From Candidatus Melainabacteria bacterium (GTDB lineage Bacteria; Cyanobacteriota; Vampirovibrionia; Vampirovibrionales; JAJTHC01), in assembly GCA_026389055.1 (NCBI GenBank), contig JAPLIO010000211.1, forward strand, positions 1 through 35,041: a stretch of 35,041 bases of DNA, in the 5' to 3' direction. Position 1 is the stretch's first letter, and every line of letters starts with the position of its first letter. The translations under genes and the position numbers were made by a program. A model generated the notes under the pieces. It was not told where the DNA came from. It saw nothing but the letters and a program-made list of their open reading frames with translations, and did no database searches. Positions 18,245-27,354 of this stretch are shown here, in pieces.

Positions 18245-19063
18245 ATGGGTATTCAACTCAGTAGCTCAACGAAAATCAATAAAAAATCTCGGCATGATAT
18301 TAAATTGATGCGTCAAGCAGGCTTAATTGTGGCAAAAGTGCATGCCTTAATGCGAGAAATGGCAAAACCGGGTGTCAGCACGTTGGATTTAGATATTGCC
18401 GCAGAAGCCTTAATTCGGGCAGAAAAAGCGTTGCCTACCTTCAAAGGCTATCACGGATTTCCTGCCACGCTATGTACTTCCATCAACGATCGAGTCGTTC
18501 ATGGTATTCCTTCCGCAGAAGACGTGCTAAAAGAAGGCGATATTATTAGTGTAGATGTAGGGGCAACCTACCAAGGTATGGTGGCGGATGCCGCCCTCAC
18601 CATTCCTGTTGGTAAGGTAGATGAAGCAACCATGCGGGTTTTACAGGCAACCGAAGAAGCCCTATACGCTTCGATAGCTCAAGCCAGAGCTGGTAATTAC
18701 CTTGAAGATGTTTCTGGTGCGGTTGAAGATACCAATTTAACGTACAATTTCGGGCTGGTAAAAGAATACGGCGGGCATAGCGTGGGCTACAAACTGCACG
18801 AAGAACCCTTTATTCATAACTACAGAACAGGTGTTAGAGGACCACAACTTCAAGCGGGCAACACCTTAGCCATTGAACCCATGTTTTGCATGGGGACTGA
18901 TAAAGTAATTACCCTTGAAGATGGCTGGACGGTTGTAACATCCGACGGGTCGCCTTCAGCCCACTTTGAACACACCATTTTAATTACGGAAGAAGGCGAA
19001 GCAGAAATACTAACCTGCTTGCCCGAAGGCCCTTTCCGTTATTTCCCTCCCACAAAAGCTTAA
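18245..19063 (+). CDS. map: Type I methionine aminopeptidase
   Basis: VVHGIP, DVGA, GHSVG and EPM metal-ligand regions are typical of MAP, in the conserved position after adk. Confidence 0.93.
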   Translation: MGIQLSSSTKINKKSRHDIKLMRQAGLIVAKVHALMREMAKPGVSTLDLDIAAEALIRAEKALPTFKGYHGFPATLCTSINDRVVHGIPSAEDVLKEGDIISVDVGATYQGMVADAALTIPVGKVDEATMRVLQATEEALYASIAQARAGNYLEDVSGAVEDTNLTYNFGLVKEYGGHSVGYKLHEEPFIHNYRTGVRGPQLQAGNTLAIEPMFCMGTDKVITLEDGWTVVTSDGSPSAHFEHTILITEEGEAEILTCLPEGPFRYFPPTKA

Positions 19064-19097
19064 CTTTTAAACCCACTTGATAGGAAAAACAACATTG

Positions 19098-19316
19098 ATG
19101 ATGTCTAGCGATGTAATTGAAATGGAAGGCACCATAACCGAAGCCTTACCCAACGCCATGTTTCGGGTTAATCTTCAAAATGGTATTGAAGTGCTTGCCC
19201 ATATTTCAGGCCGAATTCGGAAGAACTTTATCCGTATTTTGCCTGGCGATAAAGTCAAAGTAGAACTGTCTCCTTATGACTTAACCCGCGGTAGGATTAC
19301 CTATCGTGTAAAATAA
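19098..19316 (+). CDS. infA: Translation initiation factor IF-1
   Basis: [66 protein letters not shown] is canonical IF-1. Start set at ATGATG (19098); the track start is an upstream TTG. Confidence 0.93.
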   Translation: MMSSDVIEMEGTITEALPNAMFRVNLQNGIEVLAHISGRIRKNFIRILPGDKVKVELSPYDLTRGRITYRVK

Positions 19317-19448
19317 CGTTACACAATCGTAAAGGATGCTTTGCGTTCGTGTTATGTTTGAATTAAACTAACCAATAGTTTTAAACCCCTATTTTACGCT
19401 GAATTGATGCTAAATTTATTCTAACCCTCTAAAAAAGGAGCTTTTCCC

Positions 19449-19562
19449 ATGAAAGTTCGTACCTCTGTTAAGAAAATTTGTGAACACTGCAAAGTCATTC
19501 GTCGTCGTGGACGGGTTGCGGTTATTTGTATTAACCCTAAGCATAAACAACGCCAAGGGTAA
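19449..19562 (+). CDS. rpmJ: 50S ribosomal protein L36
   Basis: Not in the ORF track because it is under 60 aa. My translation is [43 protein letters not shown] lies about 9 nt upstream. Confidence 0.93.
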   Translation: MKVRTSVKKICEHCKVIRRRGRVAVICINPKHKQRQG

Positions 19563-19634
19563 GTTACTGTCCCTGTACAGTGGTCAGTCTTCAAGCAACT
19601 AATTTCCATCAATGCTTATTAATTGCTTGTTACT

Positions 19635-19665
19635 ACACCGTTTGGTTTAAATAACCAAACGGTGT
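19635..19665 (+). terminator. Hairpin terminator candidate after rpmJ
   Basis: Perfect 13-bp stem (ACACCGTTTGGTT / AACCAAACGGTGT) with a 5-nt loop. The T-tract that follows is weak. Confidence 0.5.
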
Positions 19666-19682
19666 TATGAAAGTTTTATTCA

Positions 19683-19877
19683 ATGTTGACGCTCACCTAT
19701 TTAACTGGAACAACGGTTTACCTGAATCCAGATGTTATTAAAACAGTAGAAGCCACACCAGATACGGTTATTACACTGCAAACAGGTGAAAAGTTATTGG
19801 TTTCCGAAACGGCTCGGGAAGTACGAGAATTGTTTATGGATTACCAACGGCTCATTCGTCAGCAAACCGTTTTATAA
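19683..19877 (+). CDS. flbD: FlbD (SwrD) family flagellar protein
   Basis: 64 aa. LTYLTGTTVYLNPDVIKTVEATPDTVITLQTGEKLLVSE matches the FlbD pattern (L.G....LNP..I..VE.TPDTVITL..G.K..V.E). Confidence 0.8.
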   Translation: MLTLTYLTGTTVYLNPDVIKTVEATPDTVITLQTGEKLLVSETAREVRELFMDYQRLIRQQTVL

Positions 19878-19925
19878 CCAGCCTTGTGTCTGTGTTCATA
19901 CGCTGTCGCAATAGAAAGTGTCTCA

Positions 19926-21128
19926 ATGCAAGAAGACGTTACTGAAGCCGTTGTTGCTTCTACTAAACCCAAAAAATGGAACACCCCTCGGTCTCAACAA
20001 TTAGAGTGGCTTCAAAACCCTGAAACTAGCTTTCACCCAATGGCCTTATTGAGTGATGGTCCTATTGTTATTTTGGATACTGAAACCACAGGGCTAGACC
20101 ATAAAGTAGAAAAAATTATTGAAATCGCTGCCGTCAAACTTTACAACGGCGAAATTATTGAACGATTTTCAACGCTAATCAACCCCGAACAGCCCATTCG
20201 GCATTCCAGTTTTAAAATTCACCATATTTCTCAGGAAATGGTGGAATCCGCCCCAACAATGGCTGAAGTCATTCCTCAATTTGAGGCGTTTATGGGAGAT
20301 TTACCTTACGCCGCCCATAGCGTGGTATTTGATTATAGCTTCATTACAGAAGCTTACAAAAAGCATTTGGGCAAACGATTTTTAAACCCTCGCATTTGCA
20401 CGTTGGAATTATTCAAAGCCGTCTTCCCTGAAGAGCATTCTCATGGGCTTTCCGCTTTATCCGCCCGCTTTGGCATTGAAAGCTTTGTAAACCACAGAGC
20501 ATTAGATGATGCGGAACAATTAGCAGCAGTTTTTGACAAATTAAAAAATCTTTATATTCAAAAGAACAGTTGGAAGTATTCTCAATTAGAAAATGTACCC
20601 TATTTATTGGAACGGTATATTCGCTTAAGCAAAGCGGCTCAAACCCTGCAATCCGAAATGGCAGATTTAAAAGAAGTATTCAAACTATATTTCACCGAAG
20701 GCGGCGTGCCTATTCAAGCTTCTACAGGCGAAGTGATGACAGGGACACTTAAACGGCAGTATGATTATGAGTCTGCCGCACTGATGGATTGTATTGAAGA
20801 CTTCAATTTGTGGCGTAAAGTGGCGAAAATCAATTTAAAAGCTTTGGATAAATTGCTATTTAAGCCCATTAAAGTAGCTGAAGAAGTTTTGGGTGAAGTG
20901 GAAGGTGAACCAACTGAAACACAACCGACCAAAACGCCTATTATCACCGAAGAACAACGCCAAGCGTTACTGGAAACCAGAACAATGATTTCGCAAGGGT
21001 GGACACTGAATATTGCCAAATTAGTACCGCCTGCCACAAAAAAAGCACCGCCTGAAACGGATGCCGTTGCAGAAGCTGAAGAAACGCCCTTCGTGATAGC
21101 TGAAGATACAGCCACCACGGCGGAATAA
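19926..21128 (+). CDS. DnaQ/DEDDh-type 3'-5' exonuclease domain protein with a long C-terminal extension
   Basis: Exo motifs ILDTETTGLD, AHSVVFDYSF and HRALDDAEQLA sit in the N-terminal ~190 aa. They are followed by ~200 aa of helical then acidic/Thr-Pro-rich sequence. Start is uncertain: ATG at 19926 or TTG at 19884. Confidence 0.75.
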   Translation: MQEDVTEAVVASTKPKKWNTPRSQQLEWLQNPETSFHPMALLSDGPIVILDTETTGLDHKVEKIIEIAAVKLYNGEIIERFSTLINPEQPIRHSSFKIHHISQEMVESAPTMAEVIPQFEAFMGDLPYAAHSVVFDYSFITEAYKKHLGKRFLNPRICTLELFKAVFPEEHSHGLSALSARFGIESFVNHRALDDAEQLAAVFDKLKNLYIQKNSWKYSQLENVPYLLERYIRLSKAAQTLQSEMADLKEVFKLYFTEGGVPIQASTGEVMTGTLKRQYDYESAALMDCIEDFNLWRKVAKINLKALDKLLFKPIKVAEEVLGEVEGEPTETQPTKTPIITEEQRQALLETRTMISQGWTLNIAKLVPPATKKAPPETDAVAEAEETPFVIAEDTATTAE

Positions 21129-21191
21129 CCCTTTGCCTTCCTACTAGTAAGTAGCCATTACCGAAATAGAAAAAAGGAGAGCGTCTTATCC

Positions 21192-21893
21192 ATGACTTCT
21201 CAAACACAACAACACGGTGAACCAGTTATTGCCTTGCTTTCAGGCGGGTTAGATTCAGCGGTTAGCTTGGTTAAATTGGAAGCAGACCCTCGGTATCATG
21301 TATTAAGAGCCGTGATGATTGATTATGGGCAACGGGCGTTTTTGCAAGAACGTAAAGCGTCTTCTTCATTAGCCCAGTATTATGGTATTCCTTACCAAGT
21401 GCTCACGTTGGATTGGCTTAAAGAAGTGCTACCCGAAGGCTTAAAAGCGGATTCTGATATTGATAGCCCCACCGAAATTTATCAAGTTTGGGTACCAAAC
21501 AGAAACGGGTTATTCCTCAACATTGCAGCCGCAATGGCAGAAGCCTATGGGGCAAAATACGTTTCATTCGGAGCCAATGTAGATGAAGCCCAAGCGGGAT
21601 TCCCCGATAATGGCGTACCGTTTTATGAATCGCTTAACGAAACGCTAAAATACTCCACGCTTAATGGTGTTCAGGTAATGGCACCCGTTGGGGATTTAAC
21701 CAAAATTGAAATTGCCCAGTTAGGCAAAAGCTTGGCATTACCCTTCAAATATGTGTGGAGCTGTTACGAAGCGGGCGATGTGCATTGTGGCAAATGTGCT
21801 TCCTGCCAGCATTTGAAACGAGCCGCCAAATCTGTAGGTTTACCCATTGCCTTTGCTGATGACACCCCCTTACCCGTTGTTACAACGCCTTAA
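21192..21893 (+). CDS. queC: 7-cyano-7-deazaguanine synthase (QueC family)
   Basis: PP-loop LLSGGLDS and a C-terminal zinc cluster, WSCY...CGKCASC. AAGGAGA SD upstream. The central region looks divergent from the canonical QueC I remember. Confidence 0.78.
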   Translation: MTSQTQQHGEPVIALLSGGLDSAVSLVKLEADPRYHVLRAVMIDYGQRAFLQERKASSSLAQYYGIPYQVLTLDWLKEVLPEGLKADSDIDSPTEIYQVWVPNRNGLFLNIAAAMAEAYGAKYVSFGANVDEAQAGFPDNGVPFYESLNETLKYSTLNGVQVMAPVGDLTKIEIAQLGKSLALPFKYVWSCYEAGDVHCGKCASCQHLKRAAKSVGLPIAFADDTPLPVVTTP

Positions 21894-21915
21894 ATCGCAA
21901 AGAAGACAAGTACTT

Positions 21916-22497
21916 ATGTACAAAAAACACTGGGTTCTAATAGGGTTATTTCTATTGGGCATTGGATTCATTCAAATGCCTTGCGTGGAAGCCTATACCC
22001 AATTAAATGCCCATTATTATGTGTCTAACGCATCCGTTATTGCCAACCAAGCCGAATTAGCCCTTTCTGCAGGGCAGTACGAAAAAGCCAGAGTGTTGTT
22101 GACAGATGCCATTCGGTATTGCCCAAACCAACCAGCGACAGCCACCTTTTATAGCAGATTGGCACGGGCTTATTTTGGGTTGGGGCATAAGGAATTAGCG
22201 TTTGCTAGCCTAATGCAAGCCATTCGGTTACAGCCTACTTTTGCGGTTTACTATCAGGAATTGGTGCAGGCATGGCTTCAAACGGGTACGATTCCCCAAG
22301 CCAAGCAAGATGTTATCAGCTATTTGCGGATGAACCCCGAAGAAGGGCATGTTTGGTTTTTATTGGGGTTGCTTTATCAGGCTACCAGTGAAGAAACAGC
22401 GATGATAACGGCGTGGGAACAGCATTTACGGCTGAACCCTCGGTCTCCGTTTCGCACGGAAATTTGTCAGCATTCATCGGTTTGTGTAGGGAAGTAG
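21916..22497 (+). CDS. TPR-repeat protein with an N-terminal signal/TM segment
   Basis: N-terminus HWVLIGLFLLGIGFI, then TPR-like repeats (ARAYFGLGHKELAFASLMQAIRLQP...). Start set at ATG 21916; the track start at 21847 overlaps queC. Confidence 0.6.
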   Translation: MYKKHWVLIGLFLLGIGFIQMPCVEAYTQLNAHYYVSNASVIANQAELALSAGQYEKARVLLTDAIRYCPNQPATATFYSRLARAYFGLGHKELAFASLMQAIRLQPTFAVYYQELVQAWLQTGTIPQAKQDVISYLRMNPEEGHVWFLLGLLYQATSEETAMITAWEQHLRLNPRSPFRTEICQHSSVCVGK

Positions 22498-22514
22498 GGC
22501 TTGTAACAGCTATA

Positions 22515-22814
22515 CTAGCGTTCTAACGTTTCTTGGGTTTCAATTTCAGCAAGCCTTTCCTGCCAATTTTGTGTCATCGCACACCCGCAGTGGTCTCCGT
22601 GAATATGGGTAGGTTCTGGGTGGGGCATATAATCCACTTGCCTAGGCTTCGTGTGCCATAGTTTAATGGTGCTGGCATCTTTCACAAATTGACGATTGGC
22701 TAAGCTATTACACTGGGGGCAAAAGGCAAGGTCTGCATGAAAGGTGCTGGGACGTTCTACTTCAAAGGCTTTGTTACAAGCAGGGTTGGTACAGCAATAA
22801 GAATAAATAGGCAT
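22515..22814 (-). CDS. FmdB-family zinc-ribbon protein
   Basis: MPIYSYCC.NPAC...FCPQC is the typical FmdB CxxC...CxxC N-terminal ribbon. Confidence 0.7.
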   Translation of the reverse strand: MPIYSYCCTNPACNKAFEVERPSTFHADLAFCPQCNSLANRQFVKDASTIKLWHTKPRQVDYMPHPEPTHIHGDHCGCAMTQNWQERLAEIETQETLER

Positions 22815-22888
22815 TACTCGATTTCACCTTCAATCAATGGAAATATTCCCTGATTATAGCAGATGATGAGAGGCTAGGGTGGTTGTTC

Positions 22889-24316
22889 TTATTGATCCAA
22901 CTCATCAAACACCTTGAAAGCGGTAGTGGGTAAAAGGGCCGTTTTATGGGCAAAAGGAAGAGTGAACTCAGGTAAAAACGCCTTCATTGCCGTTAACGCT
23001 CTAGCCTTGTGATGCCCTGCTCGGTCTTTTTTAATTTTCACCCGAAAGCCTAATTCAGGCAGAATACCCCAGTTACTGTTAATGGGCTGAAAATTCTTGC
23101 CTACGGCTTCTTCTCGGGTAATGTAATGCAACAAACTACCTAACATCGTTTCTCTGGGTAAGGCAATGGGGGCTTTCCCTTCCAACTGCCTAGCAATGTT
23201 GAGTGCCGCCACTAAGCCTGTAGCGATACTTTCCGTATACCCTTCAGTGCCTGTCAATTGCCCTGCTAGCATCAAATTAGGCATTACTTTAAATTGCAGG
23301 GTGGGTAACAACACTTCAGGGCTATGAAAATAGGTGTTACGGTGCATAACACCATACCGAACCACTTCCGCTGCTTCCAAACCGGGTATCAACTTGAGCA
23401 ATTCTTTTTGTTCGCCCCATTTCAAGTTGGTTTGAAAGCCCACCAAATTGTAGAGCGTTCCCTCGGCATTATCCTGCCGAAGTTGCACCACGGCATAGGG
23501 CTTTTCATCGGGCTTATGCGGATTTTCCAACCCGACAGGCTTCATTGGCCCATACCGTAGGGTATCTACCCCTCTGGAAGCTATGACTTCAACAGGCATA
23601 CAACTTTCAAAAAACGACGCTTTTTCCGCTTCTTCAAAACTTTTCAGCGGTATTTTTTCCGCATGGGTTAGAAAGGTGTAAAATGCTTCGTACTCGGCTT
23701 GGTTCATGGGGCAGTTAATGTAGCTGGCTTCATCCCCTTCACTCAGAGTTTTATTGTATCTGTCTTGAAAAAACGCCACCTCAAAATTAACGGAATCCTT
23801 CATCACAATCGGTGCAGCCGCATCAAAGAAGTACAAATTCCCACGGTTAAGCAACTGTCCCATGGCTTTTACTAGCGGTTCGGTGGTCATCGGACCCGAA
23901 GCTAACAGCGTAAAGCGGGCATCGGTGGGCAGTTCGGTTATTTCACTACCGATAAATTCAATATTGGGGTGGTTTTGAATACGATGCGTAACCAGAGCGG
24001 AAAATTTATCTCTATCCACGGCGAGGGCTTGCCCTGCGGGTACGGCACAATCAGTTGCAATGCCTAGTAGTTGGCAACCCAGCAGAGCCATTTCTCGTTT
24101 TAGCAACCCACTGGCAGCTTCGCCCATAGAACCAAAGCTGTTGGAACAAACAATTTCGGCTAAATCCGTACTGTGGTGGGCAGGCGAGCGTTTTTCAGGC
24201 TTCAAATCATATAGCCGAACTTGGTAGCCACGGTCTGCTAGTTGAAGGGCGGCCTCAGTGCCTGCTAACCCGCCACCGATAATGGCAACATCGGCTGGTT
24301 TGTGGGTGGTTATCAT
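22889..24316 (-). CDS. trmFO: Methylenetetrahydrofolate--tRNA-(uracil-5-)-methyltransferase TrmFO
   Basis: VAIIGGGLAGTEAA FAD-binding motif, PAHHSTDLAEIVCSNS and GQLTGTEGYTES. The 475-aa length is typical. Confidence 0.92.
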   Translation of the reverse strand: MITTHKPADVAIIGGGLAGTEAALQLADRGYQVRLYDLKPEKRSPAHHSTDLAEIVCSNSFGSMGEAASGLLKREMALLGCQLLGIATDCAVPAGQALAVDRDKFSALVTHRIQNHPNIEFIGSEITELPTDARFTLLASGPMTTEPLVKAMGQLLNRGNLYFFDAAAPIVMKDSVNFEVAFFQDRYNKTLSEGDEASYINCPMNQAEYEAFYTFLTHAEKIPLKSFEEAEKASFFESCMPVEVIASRGVDTLRYGPMKPVGLENPHKPDEKPYAVVQLRQDNAEGTLYNLVGFQTNLKWGEQKELLKLIPGLEAAEVVRYGVMHRNTYFHSPEVLLPTLQFKVMPNLMLAGQLTGTEGYTESIATGLVAALNIARQLEGKAPIALPRETMLGSLLHYITREEAVGKNFQPINSNWGILPELGFRVKIKKDRAGHHKARALTAMKAFLPEFTLPFAHKTALLPTTAFKVFDELDQ

Positions 24317-24476
24317 TTTTGTGGGGTTCCTCGTAAATGAATAATTAATAGAGAGAGATAAAACTACCTCCTATTCAACCATGAACACCGTTATTTTTCC
24401 ATCTAGGCAAAAGGGCGATGTTTAAGGCATAATAGGAAGAGTTGTTTCTTTTTTTGTAGATGTAAAGGGTTTCATC

Positions 24477-26474
24477 ATGGCATTTTCGTCTCTGTCTTCT
24501 GCCTATTATCAACGAATAGGTTTCTGCTTCATCATCGCCAGTCTGTTTCTCTTCAGCATGGCTTGGGCAGATACGCTGGAAGCAGAGTTGCTAAACGCCC
24601 AACCCACCCTGAATAAAAAAAATACCGTAGAAGAAGGCATTAGCCTATTAGCTACCGCCAATAGCAAGCAACCACTTTGGGAACTTTCCGTTGATGGGCT
24701 AATGCTGCAACCCAATCGGTTTTTAACGGCTACCAGTTCACCTCGGTTTTTAGCTCGTCCTATTACCCAAAGTAATCAATGGCTCATTGAATTCCCTAAT
24801 GCGGCATTGAAAGCGGGTATAATGCCTCAGCTATTAACAGGGTTTATCAATCAAAATGGCATTCAGCGTATTTCCATTACGCCCCACAATGGCAGTTTAA
24901 CGCATTCTGTAAGGGTGTTAATTGCGTATGCCCCGCAGGTTTCTATAGAAAAATTAGCACCTGTTAAATTAGCAAACCAAACGCTGGTGGTACCCTTCCC
25001 AATAATTACTAGTAGTAATACTAGCCATAAAACAGCGGGTACTATTCAAGGTACAGCCGTTGTACCGTATAAGTTTAACAAAATACCAACTACTGCTAAT
25101 GAGGCCCGAGATGTGGCACCCCCCGTTTTAGCAACTACGCTTTCTACTGATGAGCCTAAAGTGCCACTGAAGGGGCTGGAAGTAGAATCTGAATTTTTGT
25201 TGTTAAAACCTGCTGAAGGAGCAGGTACGCTGAAAGTAAAAAACCAGTTTTATTTAGAAAAACCAAACCGCTTTGTGGTAGATTTAGAACCTGCCGTTTT
25301 AAGTGGCGATTTATTTACTGGGCAAGCCCCTACCCCCACAGGCAACGCCCCCACCAGTGGTGTTACCCAATGGAATGGGTGGACTGTTCGGCTTTCGCAA
25401 AACACGCCCAGCATTGTTCGCTTAGTCATTGAAACCGAGGGCAACAAAAACTTCAAACTATTGGAAGGGTCTCCGCAAGCCCCATTGGCGTTTAGAAATG
25501 CTTTGGTGGTTCAGCCTACAACAGGCATTAAGTTCCCTGTTAAAGACCCTATTTCACAAGTTGCTGTAGCTAAAGGTAATTTAACGCAAGTGTATTTTTC
25601 CCCGCCCACCAGCAAGGGAGCCGTTAAAATGCGGTTGGAAGCGTCTGTTCCAGTTGAATACAAAATAACCAACGAAACGGCTCAACGGCTGGTGCTTAGT
25701 TTGCCCAACATCGCACCGCCTGAAGGGGGGGGCGTGCAATTGTTTGATGTAAAAAGTTTCCCCTACCTTAAAAGCCTAAGCCATGTGGCTGCCGTTAAAG
25801 GTAGTGCGTTGCTGATTGATTTTGCCCAACCCGTAAAGGATCTACGCTCATTACCTTACACCGCTCAACGAGCTTTGGAACTGAGTTTTTTAGTGCCTAA
25901 CAACCCAGCTAGTATTACGGCGAGTATTCGTAACCCCAAAGGACGTATCGTGATTGATGCAGGGCATGGGGGGAAAGACCAAGGGGCTAGCCGTGTAGGT
26001 GTGCTTGAAAAAGATCTGAATTTGGCTTGTGCAACTTACTTGATTGATGCGTTAAAACGCCGTGGATTGGAAGTTTACGCTACCCGTAGTACGGATAAGT
26101 TTTTGGAACTAAAAGAAATTTCCGCCATTGCTAACAAATATGACCCTGATTTGTTTGTTTCTATTCACCACAATTCCAGTACAGACCCTTCGATTGCGGG
26201 GCTGGAAACCTACTATTACCATTACCCTAGTGTGGCTTTAGCCAAAGCAGTGCATGCCTCGTTAGTGGGGGCGTTGCCTGTGAAGGATAGGGGTGTGCGT
26301 CGGGCTCAATTTTATGTCATTAACCATACCACGGCACCGGCTATTTTGGTGGAGATGGGTTATGTTTCCAACGCAGGAGAACGAGCAGAAGTGAACACCA
26401 CGGCAAGGCAGAAAAAATCTGCCGAAGCGATTGCAGAGGGTATTATGGATTATCTTCGCCAGTTAAAACGTTAA
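24477..26474 (+). CDS. N-acetylmuramoyl-L-alanine amidase (Amidase_3) with a long N-terminal non-catalytic region
   Basis: Signal peptide. C-terminal IVIDAGHGGKDQGA...SIHHNS...VEMGYVSN, typical of Amidase_3. About 480 aa of beta-rich N-terminal domains, possibly AMIN-like. Confidence 0.85.
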   Translation: MAFSSLSSAYYQRIGFCFIIASLFLFSMAWADTLEAELLNAQPTLNKKNTVEEGISLLATANSKQPLWELSVDGLMLQPNRFLTATSSPRFLARPITQSNQWLIEFPNAALKAGIMPQLLTGFINQNGIQRISITPHNGSLTHSVRVLIAYAPQVSIEKLAPVKLANQTLVVPFPIITSSNTSHKTAGTIQGTAVVPYKFNKIPTTANEARDVAPPVLATTLSTDEPKVPLKGLEVESEFLLLKPAEGAGTLKVKNQFYLEKPNRFVVDLEPAVLSGDLFTGQAPTPTGNAPTSGVTQWNGWTVRLSQNTPSIVRLVIETEGNKNFKLLEGSPQAPLAFRNALVVQPTTGIKFPVKDPISQVAVAKGNLTQVYFSPPTSKGAVKMRLEASVPVEYKITNETAQRLVLSLPNIAPPEGGGVQLFDVKSFPYLKSLSHVAAVKGSALLIDFAQPVKDLRSLPYTAQRALELSFLVPNNPASITASIRNPKGRIVIDAGHGGKDQGASRVGVLEKDLNLACATYLIDALKRRGLEVYATRSTDKFLELKEISAIANKYDPDLFVSIHHNSSTDPSIAGLETYYYHYPSVALAKAVHASLVGALPVKDRGVRRAQFYVINHTTAPAILVEMGYVSNAGERAEVNTTARQKKSAEAIAEGIMDYLRQLKR

Positions 26475-26475
26475 C

Positions 26476-26501
26476 ACGCTATTTAACCGGTGAATTGGTA
26501 T
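26476..26501 (+). repeat. Solo arm of element B
   Basis: ACGCTATTTAACCGGTGAATTGGTAT matches the right arm at 2639-2664 at 23/26 by eye. It lies 2 nt after the amidase stop. Confidence 0.5.
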
Positions 26502-26599
26502 CAGCAGTCATCTTCACTTCCGTTCAAGAACTACCACTCATCAGCCGATAGTATCAGTACCTATTTCTTTTTGCTACCAATGAATGGATTGATACGATA

Positions 26600-27052
26600 A
26601 TGATGATGCTAGCCCAAGCCGCTCTATCACCAGAAAAAGCCGCCCAACAGTTCTTCCAACTGTTTATGTCTAACCAATTCGCCCCCAGCTTCGAATGCTT
26701 CAGCAAAAAAAGCCAAAAACACTTCCTCGAATGGGCGTTTAATCATCTAAAAGCTCAACACCCCAAAGCCATCGAAGCTTCAGGGCTAAGCACCAAAGAA
26801 GTGCATATCATGTTTAAACGTAACGACCCCAGCCTCATCCAAAGCTTTTGGAAGCACTTCTACTTCAACAGCGGGGCAGGTGAAATCTATCAATTCGGGT
26901 ATTTTGAACCTGATGAAATTAACGGCAACCAAGCCACGGTAGCTGTTCGGTTGGAATATCCCAACGGGCAAAAAGGGAGCGTTAAACTAACGATGATAAA
27001 AGAAGGTAGTCAGTGGAAGTTCGGGTATTTAGAATCAGGGCTTGATTTTTAA
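26600..27052 (+). CDS. Hypothetical protein
   Basis: 150-aa ORF starting ATGx3, with coding-like composition. No family recognised. Confidence 0.55.
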   Translation: MMMLAQAALSPEKAAQQFFQLFMSNQFAPSFECFSKKSQKHFLEWAFNHLKAQHPKAIEASGLSTKEVHIMFKRNDPSLIQSFWKHFYFNSGAGEIYQFGYFEPDEINGNQATVAVRLEYPNGQKGSVKLTMIKEGSQWKFGYLESGLDF

Positions 27053-27055
27053 TTC

Positions 27056-27250
27056 CTAGCGACGAAACCACGATTGCCAAACTTCCGTAAATAAAACGCA
27101 AGCAGCCGTTAGTGGGTTAGCCATTAAGGCTAATTTAAACCACGAAGTTTCTGTTTTTTTAACCAAGCGTTGCTCTGTTGTAACGGTTTGGCTAACAGAA
27201 TTTGAGTTAGATAATGTGGTTGTGCTGAGGGTGGATTGTATAGCCATCAT
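27056..27250 (-). CDS. Hypothetical small protein, 64 aa (tentative)
   Basis: It starts with the ATGATG signature seen on bona fide genes here, has one hydrophobic segment (FKLALMANPLTAACVLF), and fills an otherwise empty gap. Confidence 0.4.
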   Translation of the reverse strand: MMAIQSTLSTTTLSNSNSVSQTVTTEQRLVKKTETSWFKLALMANPLTAACVLFTEVWQSWFRR

Positions 27251-27354
27251 GGCGGAATAACCTTATGAAGTTTTGATAATAATGTATTGACACACTAATA
27301 AAAACAGACGAGCACCTAAAATTGCCTCTTAAATTGTAGTTTAGCATTGATTGG

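Noticed and set aside
19421-19612. 63-aa minus-strand ORF
   Set aside because: It is antisense to the unmistakable rpmJ (L36) coding sequence at 19449-19562.
21129-21191. Possible preQ1 riboswitch upstream of queC
   Set aside because: There is an A-rich tract and a small CTAC/GTAG stem before the SD. However, the loop and tail do not match the preQ1-I aptamer consensus I remember (short hairpin with a conserved loop followed by AAAAAACUA). An Infernal scan would settle it.
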